From the IMG/VR virus record IMGVR_UViG_3300028392_002123: 64,000 nucleotides of DNA; one strand, 5' to 3'. The DNA is from a virus. Its lineage: Duplodnaviria > Caudoviricetes. Numbering within the stretch: position 1 is the stretch's first letter; each line of letters begins with the position of its first letter. The notes under the pieces were generated by a model that saw nothing but the letters and a program-made list of their open reading frames with translations, had not been told where the DNA came from and did no database searches. Position numbers and translations under genes: made by a program. This document shows, piece by piece, positions 45,323 through 55,171 of this stretch.

Positions 45323-46791
45323 ATATATGGGGAATTAGTGCCAACAGTCACGACGCGGCCGTCAGCGTTTGGCACGATAAAGAAATACAATTTGCCGCAC
45401 ACAGTGAACGTTATAGTGGAATAAAAAATGACGGGAATTTATGCGTCGGCGTCATCGAAGAAGCATACACACATGGCAAGCCTGATTTAATTGTTTGGTA
45501 TGAAAATCCATTAAAGAAAACAGCTAGACAATTTTATGCAGGTCAAGGTCTACGCTGGAAAGAAAATAATATTAGACAATATCTAGACAGCTATGGTCTA
45601 ACCCAAAGAGTTGTCTATGAACAACATCATAGAAGTCATGCGGCCGCAGGTTATTATACCAGTGGATTTAAAGATGCCACAGTGGTTGTCATTGATGCTA
45701 TTGGAGAGTTTGAAACATTGACAGTATGGCAAGGCCTAGGCAATGACTTAAAACAAGTTTACAGTCAAGGTTATCCCGACAGCCTGGGACTTTGGTTCAG
45801 TGCTATGACACAGCGTATTGGCTTAAAACCCAACGAAGAAGAATATATTTTAATGGGCATGGCCGCATATGGCGACCCCGAGAAATATAAACAGGATATC
45901 TACAATGATTTTTTTAAATCTATAGATGGACCTAATATCAAATTTAAACATAATTTACATAGAGGCTGTTTATGGTGGCGCCATGATTTATTAACGGACC
46001 AAGACTACTTTGACTTAGCGGCCGCGACACAGCGCATATACGAAGAACTATTGCAGGGAATAAGCCATTGGGCGAAAAGAAAATTCTCCAGCAATAATCT
46101 AGTACTCATGGGTGGCTGTGCTCTTAACTGTGTGGCTAATAGTAATATAACCGGAGACTGGGCCAATGTGTGGATCATGCCCAACCCCGGAGATGCAGGT
46201 AGTGCCATTGGCGCAGTGGCTTCTTATATCAGCGAACATGTTACTTGGCCAGGTGCATACCTTGGCACAAACATGGGCGACAAGTATCCAGTTGATGAAA
46301 CCATTGATATACTTACAAAAGATAAAATTGTAGGTGTTGCCACAGGCTGTGCAGAATTTGGTCCTAGAGCACTGGGGCATCGCAGTTTATTAGCAGATCC
46401 ACGCGGACCTGAAATCAAAGATACAGTTAATGCAATTAAACGTAGACAACAGTTTAGACCATTTGCACCGGCAATCCTGGAAGAACACGTACACGAATAC
46501 TTCGACATGCCTACGGGAATAACTGCCAGTCCCTTTATGCAGTTTGTGGCCAAGTGTAAAAAACCCACAGAGTTTCCTGCAATCATACATGCAGACGGAA
46601 CTAGTAGGGTTCAAACTGTGAGTAAAACAGACAGTCCGGGATTCCGTAAATTGCTGGAAGATTGGCATGCTCTAACAGGATGTCCTATGTTGTTAAACAC
46701 CAGCTTGAACATCAAAGGCCAGCCCATGGTTAATAATTTGGCAGATGCGTCTGCATTTACTAGTAAATATAATGTTCCGGTGCTGACCTAA
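45319..46791 (+). CDS. O-carbamoyltransferase, NodU/CmcH/TobZ family
   Basis: SHDAAV, ERYSGIK, HHRSHAA, VIDAIGE, MGMAAYG, GGCALNCVAN, GDAG, EFGPRALGHRS, FRPFAP, HADGTSRVQTV, LLNTSLN. Confidence 0.95.
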   Translation: MNIWGISANSHDAAVSVWHDKEIQFAAHSERYSGIKNDGNLCVGVIEEAYTHGKPDLIVWYENPLKKTARQFYAGQGLRWKENNIRQYLDSYGLTQRVVYEQHHRSHAAAGYYTSGFKDATVVVIDAIGEFETLTVWQGLGNDLKQVYSQGYPDSLGLWFSAMTQRIGLKPNEEEYILMGMAAYGDPEKYKQDIYNDFFKSIDGPNIKFKHNLHRGCLWWRHDLLTDQDYFDLAAATQRIYEELLQGISHWAKRKFSSNNLVLMGGCALNCVANSNITGDWANVWIMPNPGDAGSAIGAVASYISEHVTWPGAYLGTNMGDKYPVDETIDILTKDKIVGVATGCAEFGPRALGHRSLLADPRGPEIKDTVNAIKRRQQFRPFAPAILEEHVHEYFDMPTGITASPFMQFVAKCKKPTEFPAIIHADGTSRVQTVSKTDSPGFRKLLEDWHALTGCPMLLNTSLNIKGQPMVNNLADASAFTSKYNVPVLT

Positions 46792-46796
46792 AACAT

Positions 46797-46802
46797 TAAA
46801 TA
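46797..46802 (+). promoter_or_regulatory. TAAATA late-promoter-like motif
   Basis: In the 19-nt gap, 8 nt before ATG 46811. Confidence 0.45.
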
Positions 46803-46810
46803 CTAGTATA

Positions 46811-47548
46811 ATGTTAGATGTATTTTTTCTTAGCTATAACGAACCTTACGCTGATCAAAATTTTCAAAGATTGATTAAGTTTGCACCATTGGCCAAAAGA
46901 GTTAATGGTGTTAAAGGCTTTTATGAAGCACACAAACGCTGTGCCGAATTAAGCATGACCTATAACTTTTATGTTGTGGATTCCGATGCTTGGATTGTAG
47001 ATGATTTCAACTTTGATTTTAAACCCAGCACAGCACCCGGATATTATAAACCCGAAAGCGATTTCCTTTATGTATGGAGCAGTCAAAATCCCATTAATGG
47101 ATTGACATATGGCTATGGCGGTGTTAAACTGTTTCCTAAGATGGCCTTGCTTAATAAAAAAATAACCAGCATTGACTTTACCACTGGAGTTGGCCTAGAA
47201 ACAAAAATCATGGCACAGGTCAGCAATGTAACTAAATTTAATTTCAATGAATTTTATACATGGCGTGCCGCTTTTAGAGAAGTTGTTAAACTTAGTAGCG
47301 GCGTTATATTAGATTCTATTAAAGATAGATTCACCGAAGAAGAAATAGCAAAGATTAAAAAAGAAAGCGAAGACAGAATACAGTCTTGGTTAACACAATT
47401 AGATGGTGCAGACTACGGTACATGGGCAGTTCTAGGAGCAGAACAAGCTATTGCTTTTAGCAAAAAATATGACAATGATACACGAGCACTATCTTACATT
47501 AATGATATAGAATGGTTAAAAAATGAGTTTACTAAACAATATACTTAA
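46811..47548 (+). CDS. Glycosyltransferase-like protein, family A, copy 2
   Basis: FFLSYNEPYAD, AKRVNGVKGF..AHK, FYVVDSD, NPINGLTYGYGGVKLF, WRAAFREVVKL. Confidence 0.6.
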   Translation: MLDVFFLSYNEPYADQNFQRLIKFAPLAKRVNGVKGFYEAHKRCAELSMTYNFYVVDSDAWIVDDFNFDFKPSTAPGYYKPESDFLYVWSSQNPINGLTYGYGGVKLFPKMALLNKKITSIDFTTGVGLETKIMAQVSNVTKFNFNEFYTWRAAFREVVKLSSGVILDSIKDRFTEEEIAKIKKESEDRIQSWLTQLDGADYGTWAVLGAEQAIAFSKKYDNDTRALSYINDIEWLKNEFTKQYT

Positions 47549-48539
47549 TCAAGTACAAACAAAATCTGATGAATTAAATCTAGGAAAAATACCAGTAGTA
47601 TTTTTAAGTTTTGATGAACCCAATGCCGACACGCACTACGAGTTTCTTTATAATAGTCATCCTAGAAAAGACTTGGTTAAACGTGTGCATGGTGTCAAAG
47701 GTTTTGATGCCGCACACAAGGCCTGTGCAGATGCGGCAGGCACTGAAAGATTTTTTACAGTAGACGCAGACTGTTTAGTGGATAAAGCACTATGGAACAA
47801 GGCCTTGGAACTTACTCCCGAGATTAGCAAAGCAACATTTAGCTGGAGTAGCAGAAATGCTGTCAACGGCTTGGTATACGGTAACGGCGGCATTAAATTA
47901 TGGTACGCAGAGTATGTTAAGAATATGCAGACACACGAAGCCGCAGATGCAGCCAATGGAAGGGACAATGTAGATTTTTGCTGGGACTTTGAAAATTATA
48001 AACAAATGAATAACACTTATGGTACTGTATATAATAACAGCACACCATTTCAAGCTTTTAGAGCAGGGTTCCGCGAAGGTATTAAAATGTGTTTAGATCG
48101 CGGAGAAAAGATTGCCACACAAGATTTTAAAACAAAATTCTATCCAGCCAACTATAGTAGATTATTAACATGGATGACAGTGGGCCGTGATGTAGAAAAT
48201 GGTATATGGAGTATGTATGGTGCCAGATTGGCATCAGTTATGTTATACACAGACAGAAAATTTGATCATACATATATTAAAGACTATGATTGGTTTGCTA
48301 AGTTCTGGGAAAGAATTTGGAAAATAACTAGACAGGGTGCTATAGTAGAAGATCAATGCACAGGCCTACAAGGCATGTTGTCTACCGTTTTAGGATTACC
48401 TATCACTGAACTTAACGCAGAACAAAGTATATTAATTAAACAAATCAGCATAAGTCCTTTGAAGAACAACGATTGGGCTACATTATTAAATGCCAGTAGT
48501 TTGCCATTGTTTGGTTTTACCATGCCCAGATGGAGCTAA
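47523..48539 (+). CDS. Glycosyltransferase-like protein, family A, copy 3
   Basis: VFLSFDEPNAD, VKRVHGVKGFDAAHK, FFTVDAD, NAVNGLVYGNGGIKLW, FRAGFREGIK, WSMYGARL. Confidence 0.6.
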   Translation: MSLLNNILNQVQTKSDELNLGKIPVVFLSFDEPNADTHYEFLYNSHPRKDLVKRVHGVKGFDAAHKACADAAGTERFFTVDADCLVDKALWNKALELTPEISKATFSWSSRNAVNGLVYGNGGIKLWYAEYVKNMQTHEAADAANGRDNVDFCWDFENYKQMNNTYGTVYNNSTPFQAFRAGFREGIKMCLDRGEKIATQDFKTKFYPANYSRLLTWMTVGRDVENGIWSMYGARLASVMLYTDRKFDHTYIKDYDWFAKFWERIWKITRQGAIVEDQCTGLQGMLSTVLGLPITELNAEQSILIKQISISPLKNNDWATLLNASSLPLFGFTMPRWS

Positions 48540-49219
48540 CATTGAGACCCATATACTTTTTATACAACGACGAACTCAATGCAGAAGAAAATTGGCAACG
48601 ATTAAAATCATTGACCAAGGGAGATGCCACAGCATTTAAAAGCATAGGCACAATATTTGAAAGCCACAAAGCCATTGCTGATAGTTGTTATGACAGTGAA
48701 TTTTATGTAGTAGATGGTGATTGCTGGATACTGGACAACTTTAATTTCGATCAAAAAATTGATTTAAAGCCCAGGAGTGTAGCAGTATTCAGAGCGAAAA
48801 ATCCCATCAATGGCTTGGTTTATGGACATGGGGGAATTAAATTATTCAGTAAAGATTGTTTTAGCACGGAAAGGCTAGACAGTCCAGACATGACTACTAC
48901 ACTAGCAGATGCTTATATCAAAGTAAATGTATTGGCCAGCGAACATAGATTCAATTATACACCCTTTAGTACGTGGCGCACAGCATTCAGAGAAGCTGTT
49001 AAACTCAGCAGTGGAATTAATAAAAACAACAACGATCAAGAAAGCCAGGATCGGCTAACAATGTGGTGCCAAGCAGGAATAGAAAATAACTACGGATATT
49101 TTAGTTTAATTGGTGCCAGGCAAGGAGTTGCTTATGCAAAGAAATATAAAAATAACTTAGACAAGGTCAATGAGTTTGAATGGCTGGAAGAACAATTCAT
49201 TAAATGGGTCGGCATATAA
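48530..49219 (+). CDS. Glycosyltransferase-like protein, family A, copy 4
   Basis: FYVVDGD, KNPINGLVYGHGGIKLF, WRTAFREAVKL. Confidence 0.6.
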   Translation: MELTLRPIYFLYNDELNAEENWQRLKSLTKGDATAFKSIGTIFESHKAIADSCYDSEFYVVDGDCWILDNFNFDQKIDLKPRSVAVFRAKNPINGLVYGHGGIKLFSKDCFSTERLDSPDMTTTLADAYIKVNVLASEHRFNYTPFSTWRTAFREAVKLSSGINKNNNDQESQDRLTMWCQAGIENNYGYFSLIGARQGVAYAKKYKNNLDKVNEFEWLEEQFIKWVGI

Positions 49220-49220
49220 T

Positions 49221-50186
49221 ATGGAACGCAAAGTAGAAGACGAATTTAGTTGGTTGTTCGGACTTAGAAGTTACTTTATGTTTGTCAATGACACGGATAA
49301 ATTACGCATTGTAAAAAATCTAATAGCATTGAAATACGGCAAAGCCGAAGACATGCATCATATTATCAGACGTGTCTGCTTGGAAGATGTTGAGTTTTAT
49401 ACCAACGATTATCAAATTGAAAATAGAGCAATGAGATATGAAATATACTTTGACTTGCTGAACAAACAAGCTAGTCGCTGGAGCGTTGACGGTATATTAT
49501 CATTGATGAAATTATTGTTCAAAGACAAAATGATTGATAGTCTATCGGAAATAGTAAGAATATACAGTTTAGATACCAGTGTTAAAGATGCATTCAGCAA
49601 AGGACAAGTTACCAGTAAAGTTTGGCTGGCAGAAACATTACAAAAAGTAATTAACCCAAATAATCGACTTGATAACATTGTTCTTATTGGCGGATGGTAC
49701 GGACACATAACCAAGTACTTAGAAGGTCGTGTAGATTATCGTAAGTTATACAATATAGACCCGCACGAATTTAACAGTTTTATAGGTAAAAAATATTTTA
49801 ATAATATGTCGGATAGATATGTTGCCAGTAGTGTATTAATCGAAGATGTAGACTACATACCCAATCAGGGATATAATATTCCCCAGGGGGAGTACGATGA
49901 AAATAATGCTTACAAGTTTAACATTAATAAGAATATAATAGTTAATCCGGATTTAATTATCAATACCAGTGCAGAACACATGTCGGACAATTGGTTTAAT
50001 AGAATATCTGTAGATAAAATGGTGGCCATACAAACAAATAATTTATTTGATATTGCACCGGATCACTATAATTGCATTGACTCACAGAGCCAACTCGAAA
50101 CAAAATATCCAATGTCTAAGGTACTGTTTCAAGGTGAGCTAGACATAGGCATAGGAAAACGTTTTATGCGGATAGGTATCAAATAA
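49221..50186 (+). CDS. Class I SAM-dependent methyltransferase-like protein (start revised to ATG 49221)
   Basis: AFSKGQVTSKVWL, IVLIGGWYG (motif I-like), NIDP, DLIINTSAEHM. Confidence 0.6.
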   Translation: MERKVEDEFSWLFGLRSYFMFVNDTDKLRIVKNLIALKYGKAEDMHHIIRRVCLEDVEFYTNDYQIENRAMRYEIYFDLLNKQASRWSVDGILSLMKLLFKDKMIDSLSEIVRIYSLDTSVKDAFSKGQVTSKVWLAETLQKVINPNNRLDNIVLIGGWYGHITKYLEGRVDYRKLYNIDPHEFNSFIGKKYFNNMSDRYVASSVLIEDVDYIPNQGYNIPQGEYDENNAYKFNINKNIIVNPDLIINTSAEHMSDNWFNRISVDKMVAIQTNNLFDIAPDHYNCIDSQSQLETKYPMSKVLFQGELDIGIGKRFMRIGIK

Positions 50187-51358
50187 TGTATAAATCTTCT
50201 GAAATTACCACAGTACACTTAGAGCTGTCGGAACTATGTAATGCTAGCTGTCCTCAATGTGCTAGAAATATCAACGGCGGCGAAGAAAATCCGCAGTTAC
50301 ATGGTGCTGAATTAAGTCTAGAAGATGTGGAGAAAATTTTTAAGCCCGATTTTATTCAACAGTTGAAAAGATTATACATGTGCGGTAACTATGGAGATCC
50401 TATTACTGCCAAGGATACCAAAGAGATATTTTCTTACATACGCAGTCATAATCCCACTATGCAGTTAAGTATGCATACTAATGCCAGTGCTAAAACTCCG
50501 GAGTGGTGGAGTCAATTACCCCAGGCCATGGGCGCTAATCATTATGTTGTGTTTGGTTTAGATGGATTGGCAGATACTAATCATTTGTATCGTCAAGGCA
50601 CAATATGGTCTAAGATCATGGACAATGCTCGGGCATTTATTGCCGCAGGCGGAAGAGCACGATGGGATTATATTGTGTTTGCACACAACGAGCATCAGGT
50701 AGAAGAAGCCAGAGCATTGGCAAAAGAAATGGGCTTTGAACAATTTAATATTAAAAAGTCTAATAGATTTTTTAGCACTACGCAGGGTGCTGTTAAAATG
50801 GCTCATCAAGCAGGCAATCGTCGAGGACAGGAAACTACGTTGATTGCCATGCCTACTAATCCCGAATATCAAAATACAGCGATCAAGCAAATGGTGGAAA
50901 TCAGCAAAGACAAAGGAGAGATTCCTATTAACTTTATGACCACTGTAGCTGACACAGAAGGAAGATTGGGCATACAAAAATTTAATTTTGATCCTGATAA
51001 AAAGAAAGACATGGAAAAGTATTGGGACTCTGTGCCTATAAAATGTAAAGTCTCCGAAGAGAAAAGCATATACATCACAGCAGAAGGTTATTTAATGCCC
51101 TGTTGTTGGACTGCTGGTCAGATGTACATTTGGTATTGGAAACCAAGAGGCGGCCAAATCTGGCAAGCAATACGCCAAGCTGGCTTGGATAATTTAAATG
51201 CTAAGACACGAGATCTGAGATCATTGATAGACGGTGACTTTATACAAAAAATCATTCCCAATAGTTGGAATAAATCTAGTTGTGCAGAAGGTAAACTAGC
51301 AGTCTGCGCCAAAACTTGCGGCAATAAATATGATGCATTTGCGGAACAATTTAAATGA
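50186..51358 (+). CDS. Radical SAM protein with C-terminal SPASM/twitch-like domain
   Basis: CNASCPQC, MCGNYGDP, HTNAS; C-terminal KCK...GYLMPCCW...CAKTC. Confidence 0.9.
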   Translation: MYKSSEITTVHLELSELCNASCPQCARNINGGEENPQLHGAELSLEDVEKIFKPDFIQQLKRLYMCGNYGDPITAKDTKEIFSYIRSHNPTMQLSMHTNASAKTPEWWSQLPQAMGANHYVVFGLDGLADTNHLYRQGTIWSKIMDNARAFIAAGGRARWDYIVFAHNEHQVEEARALAKEMGFEQFNIKKSNRFFSTTQGAVKMAHQAGNRRGQETTLIAMPTNPEYQNTAIKQMVEISKDKGEIPINFMTTVADTEGRLGIQKFNFDPDKKKDMEKYWDSVPIKCKVSEEKSIYITAEGYLMPCCWTAGQMYIWYWKPRGGQIWQAIRQAGLDNLNAKTRDLRSLIDGDFIQKIIPNSWNKSSCAEGKLAVCAKTCGNKYDAFAEQFK

Positions 51359-52440
51359 ACATAGATAATATTAAAAAAATAGAATTAGAAATAACCAGCA
51401 ACTGCAATGCCGCTTGTCCTGGTTGTGCAAGAACACAAAATTTAGATTCTCTAGTAGTAGAAGATTTTAGCATTGATGATTTAAAAAGAATATTTCCCGA
51501 TCAAAGACATATAAACAACAAACAATTTAAATTTTGCGGAGTACTGGGCGATCCTATTATCAATGAGGATTGCCTGGAGATGATAAAATATTTGGTGGCC
51601 CATGGAGGTTATTGCCAATTGAGCACCAATGGTAGTCTGCGTAATCGCGCATGGTGGCAAGAATTGGGACAACTTAGTAAAGACACAGGACTAGTCGATG
51701 TTAATTTTTGCGTGGACGGCCATAAAGAAACTAATCATATCTACAGAGTTAATACAAGTTTTGACATAATTGCTAGAAATATGGAAGCCTATGCTTATGG
51801 CGGCGAAGGCCGTCAACTAGCAACATGGATTTATATTGTATTTGATCATAATGAACATGAATTAGAAGCTGCCAAAGAACACGCAGTTAGATTGGGATTT
51901 AAATTTGCCACAAGAACTGGCATGCGTAACAGTATGCATGATTGGGTAGCAAAAATTCGTAAAAAGACCAATGGAGTCTTAGTCAAAGAAACAGCGGTTA
52001 TCACTACCACGGGCAGTAAAGAACACAGTAAAAAAGCTCTAGTCAAAGACTTGGACGCATTTATTAATACGTACAAGCCTAAAATGATGACAGGTCCAGT
52101 GACTATCATTGATAAAAAGACAGAGATTTTAAATACAATGCAATGTAAATTGATTCACGAAGGTGAAATTTTCATAGCAAGTAATCAATCAATGTGGCCC
52201 TGCTGTTTCCTTTGGGACAGCGCATTTATGAATAAAGAAAAAATCCTAGACAAACTTGCTGACTACGGCAACGAATGGAACAGTTTAAAAGTTCACAGTA
52301 TAGAAGAAATTTTAGCACATCCTTGGTTCGACAGTATTTTAGCAATGAGTTGGGAACCCGGCCATTCAAAACACCTAACACGCTGTATTAGAACCTGCGC
52401 TTACAATAAAGCTTATCAAAACGAAATAACGCACCAATAA
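51355..52440 (+). CDS. Radical SAM protein, tandem paralog of 50186-51358
   Basis: CNAACPGC, FCGVLGDP, STNGS; C-terminal QCK...WPCCF...CIRTC. Confidence 0.9.
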   Translation: MNIDNIKKIELEITSNCNAACPGCARTQNLDSLVVEDFSIDDLKRIFPDQRHINNKQFKFCGVLGDPIINEDCLEMIKYLVAHGGYCQLSTNGSLRNRAWWQELGQLSKDTGLVDVNFCVDGHKETNHIYRVNTSFDIIARNMEAYAYGGEGRQLATWIYIVFDHNEHELEAAKEHAVRLGFKFATRTGMRNSMHDWVAKIRKKTNGVLVKETAVITTTGSKEHSKKALVKDLDAFINTYKPKMMTGPVTIIDKKTEILNTMQCKLIHEGEIFIASNQSMWPCCFLWDSAFMNKEKILDKLADYGNEWNSLKVHSIEEILAHPWFDSILAMSWEPGHSKHLTRCIRTCAYNKAYQNEITHQ

Positions 52441-52443
52441 ATA
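52438..52443 (+). promoter_or_regulatory. TAAATA motif
   Basis: Overlaps the upstream stop, 6 nt before ATG 52450. Confidence 0.35.
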
Positions 52444-52449
52444 ATACAT

Positions 52450-53847
52450 ATGAGCGATCCAAGTAAAACATTCTGTATCCTACCCTGGATACATTTAAGT
52501 ACAAGACCCAATGGGCACATGCGAGTTTGTTGTACAGCCAATGCCAGTAGCGTGGGCCCGACAAATGATAAAATACACGGCGGTGAAGTCGGCGTGTTAA
52601 AAAACGAAGATGGTAAACCAGCTAATCTCAATGTAACAGACTTCCTGTCAAGTTGGAATAATACTTACATGAAGAATACACGACTAAAAATGTTGGCAGG
52701 AGAAGAGCCGCCTAGCTGTGTTAAATGTTATAAAGAAGAACGCGAAGGACATAAGAGTAAACGCCAATGGGAAACTGCTTATTGGAAACAGCGTGTCGAC
52801 CTAGATCAACTAATAACCAACACACAGGAAGATGGCAGCGTGCCTCCGCATGTTGCTTATATTGACATGCGTTTTGGAACTAAATGTAACCTAGCCTGTG
52901 TTATGTGCAGTCCACATGATAGTAGCTTATGGGTACCGGAATGGAACGCAATTTATCCTGAAATAAAAAACCCCACTCTCAAAGAAAGTATGGGATGGAA
53001 TAACAAAGGTAAAGAAAATGGTGCCAGCTATAATTGGCACAAGAATAATCCTGAATTTTGGACGCAGTTATGGGATCAGATTCCCAACATGAAGCAACTT
53101 TATTTTGCCGGTGGCGAACCTTTGATTATTGAGGAACACTATGAAATTTTGGAACAATGTATTAAACGCGGTTATGCCAAAGACATGGAAATCCGATACA
53201 ACAGCAACGGAGTCGAATGGAGAGAAGACTTGTTCGACCTATGGAAGCATTTCAAACTCGTACGTTATCACTACAGCGTGGATGCTTTGGGAGAGCGCAA
53301 TGATTATATCCGATACCCCAGTAAGTGGCAACGAAACCTCGAAGCCTTTAGACAACTAGACGAAGAGACTAGCAGTAATGTAGAAGTCACTATTGCCTGT
53401 GCAGTACAGGCACTGAACATTTATTATATTCCTGAATTTTTAAAATGGAAATTGGAACACGGCTTTAAGAAGATTAACATGTGGCCATTCGGCGCAGGCG
53501 GCATCAACTATCACTTTGTTTACCACCCACCGCATTTAAATGTCAAAGTATTACCAGCTTGGTTTAAAGATGAAATAGAAGCCAAGTATGAAGAGTTTAT
53601 CCCATGGTGGAAAGAAAATTGGCAAAAAGGTGTGCCAGCGTGGCATCAAGGTCGAGTCACTGAAGAACAATGGCTAAATGCAGACTATGGAATTAGTAGA
53701 CTACGCGGCATGGTTAACTTTGCCAAGAGCGAAGACTGGAGCAATCGTTTACCAGAAATGAAAGAATATTTGGAAACATTGGACAAGCATAGAGGCACAG
53801 ACTTTTATAAAACATTTCCAGAAATGAAGGATATTTTTAATGGATAA
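52450..53847 (+). CDS. Radical SAM protein with N-terminal auxiliary Cys cluster
   Basis: CNLACVMC, FAGGEPL, YNSNG; N-terminal FCILPW...RVCC...CVKCY. Confidence 0.9.
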   Translation: MSDPSKTFCILPWIHLSTRPNGHMRVCCTANASSVGPTNDKIHGGEVGVLKNEDGKPANLNVTDFLSSWNNTYMKNTRLKMLAGEEPPSCVKCYKEEREGHKSKRQWETAYWKQRVDLDQLITNTQEDGSVPPHVAYIDMRFGTKCNLACVMCSPHDSSLWVPEWNAIYPEIKNPTLKESMGWNNKGKENGASYNWHKNNPEFWTQLWDQIPNMKQLYFAGGEPLIIEEHYEILEQCIKRGYAKDMEIRYNSNGVEWREDLFDLWKHFKLVRYHYSVDALGERNDYIRYPSKWQRNLEAFRQLDEETSSNVEVTIACAVQALNIYYIPEFLKWKLEHGFKKINMWPFGAGGINYHFVYHPPHLNVKVLPAWFKDEIEAKYEEFIPWWKENWQKGVPAWHQGRVTEEQWLNADYGISRLRGMVNFAKSEDWSNRLPEMKEYLETLDKHRGTDFYKTFPEMKDIFNG

Positions 53848-55171
53848 AATTGCTTGTTATTATACACTAGGTGGCATTAATTATAAAAATGGATTTGTAA
53901 CTAGTTGCCCACAACAAAGTGATCAGTTACATATCATTGAGAATACACAGGTAATCAAACCCAGTGAAATTATTAATAGTGCTGGATTTAAAAAACATAG
54001 ACAAGAAATGATGTCTGGCACTTGGAGTAAAGGCTGTCATTTATGTCAGGAAGTAGAAGAAGCCAACGCAGGTAAAACCATGCGTGATGATCAGCCAGCT
54101 GATGAAACTTACTACGATGCCGACACAGGCGCAATTAAGTTTGATGGTGTCCATCATGTGGAACTTCGTTTCAGTAATGCTTGTAACATGGCCTGCTTAC
54201 ATTGCAGTGAAGTGTACAGCAGTGGCTGGATGACCAAGTTAAAACACTACGAAGCAGATCAAGAAGATTGGGATAATAAACTTATACAATTAACAAGAGT
54301 CATGCATCGTGCTAATCCAGCTGATGATCTGAGTATAGGCATCAGTATAGAACAAATGACTGAAATTGTCACGGATCTAAATGCAAATTTTCCTTTAATA
54401 GAAAAAGTAGACTTTGCAGGCGGCGAAGTACTGTATCAAAAACAGTTTTTCCCCTGTCTAGAACTTCTGGGACAACATCCAAATGCCAAAAATATGACAT
54501 TGTGTTTCCACAGTAATTTTAATGCCAAGTTTGATCCAGCAAAGCTCTATGAATTACTACTGCCCTTTGGCAAAGTTACAATCATGATGAGCATTGACAG
54601 TGGTAAAAATATCTATCCTTATTTTAGAACCGGTGACTGGAACGTGTTAAAAACAAACATAGCGGCATTCAAAGCCTTGGACAAGTCCAAGAAATTTGAC
54701 ATGAACTTGGTTTGTACTACCAGTGCTTATCAAATCATGGACATTGAAGATGTCATGGAAAGCTTCCTAAGCTTGGACATTGATTGGATAAACAGCAGTA
54801 TTGTATACACTCCTAGATATCTAAGCCCTGCACTAATGATGCACAATTTTGAAGAACATGTTCGTGCAGACTTGGCCAAGGCAAGACAAGTTATAGACAA
54901 AGAAAAAGAAAAAAGATTTGCAGATTTGGAAACGTATTCCACGCTAAGATCATGGCGTAAAGGCAAACAACATTTTGCCGACATTGACAGCGCATACGAA
55001 GCCCTTGACAACATCGAGGATTACGTGTATAATTTTAAAACAGATATAAAACAATACGAAGCCTTTCTTGTGTACATAAGAAAGACTGATATGATATGGA
55101 AGCAAAGCTTCAATGATCATTTTACAAAATATCAATATATTGATAACAAAATAGTAAGGGTGACCCAATGA
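53840..55171 (+). CDS. Radical SAM protein with N-terminal auxiliary Cys cluster
   Basis: CNMACLHC, FAGGEV, HSNF; N-terminal ACYY...SCPQ...CHLCQ. Confidence 0.85.
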   Translation: MDKIACYYTLGGINYKNGFVTSCPQQSDQLHIIENTQVIKPSEIINSAGFKKHRQEMMSGTWSKGCHLCQEVEEANAGKTMRDDQPADETYYDADTGAIKFDGVHHVELRFSNACNMACLHCSEVYSSGWMTKLKHYEADQEDWDNKLIQLTRVMHRANPADDLSIGISIEQMTEIVTDLNANFPLIEKVDFAGGEVLYQKQFFPCLELLGQHPNAKNMTLCFHSNFNAKFDPAKLYELLLPFGKVTIMMSIDSGKNIYPYFRTGDWNVLKTNIAAFKALDKSKKFDMNLVCTTSAYQIMDIEDVMESFLSLDIDWINSSIVYTPRYLSPALMMHNFEEHVRADLAKARQVIDKEKEKRFADLETYSTLRSWRKGKQHFADIDSAYEALDNIEDYVYNFKTDIKQYEAFLVYIRKTDMIWKQSFNDHFTKYQYIDNKIVRVTQ

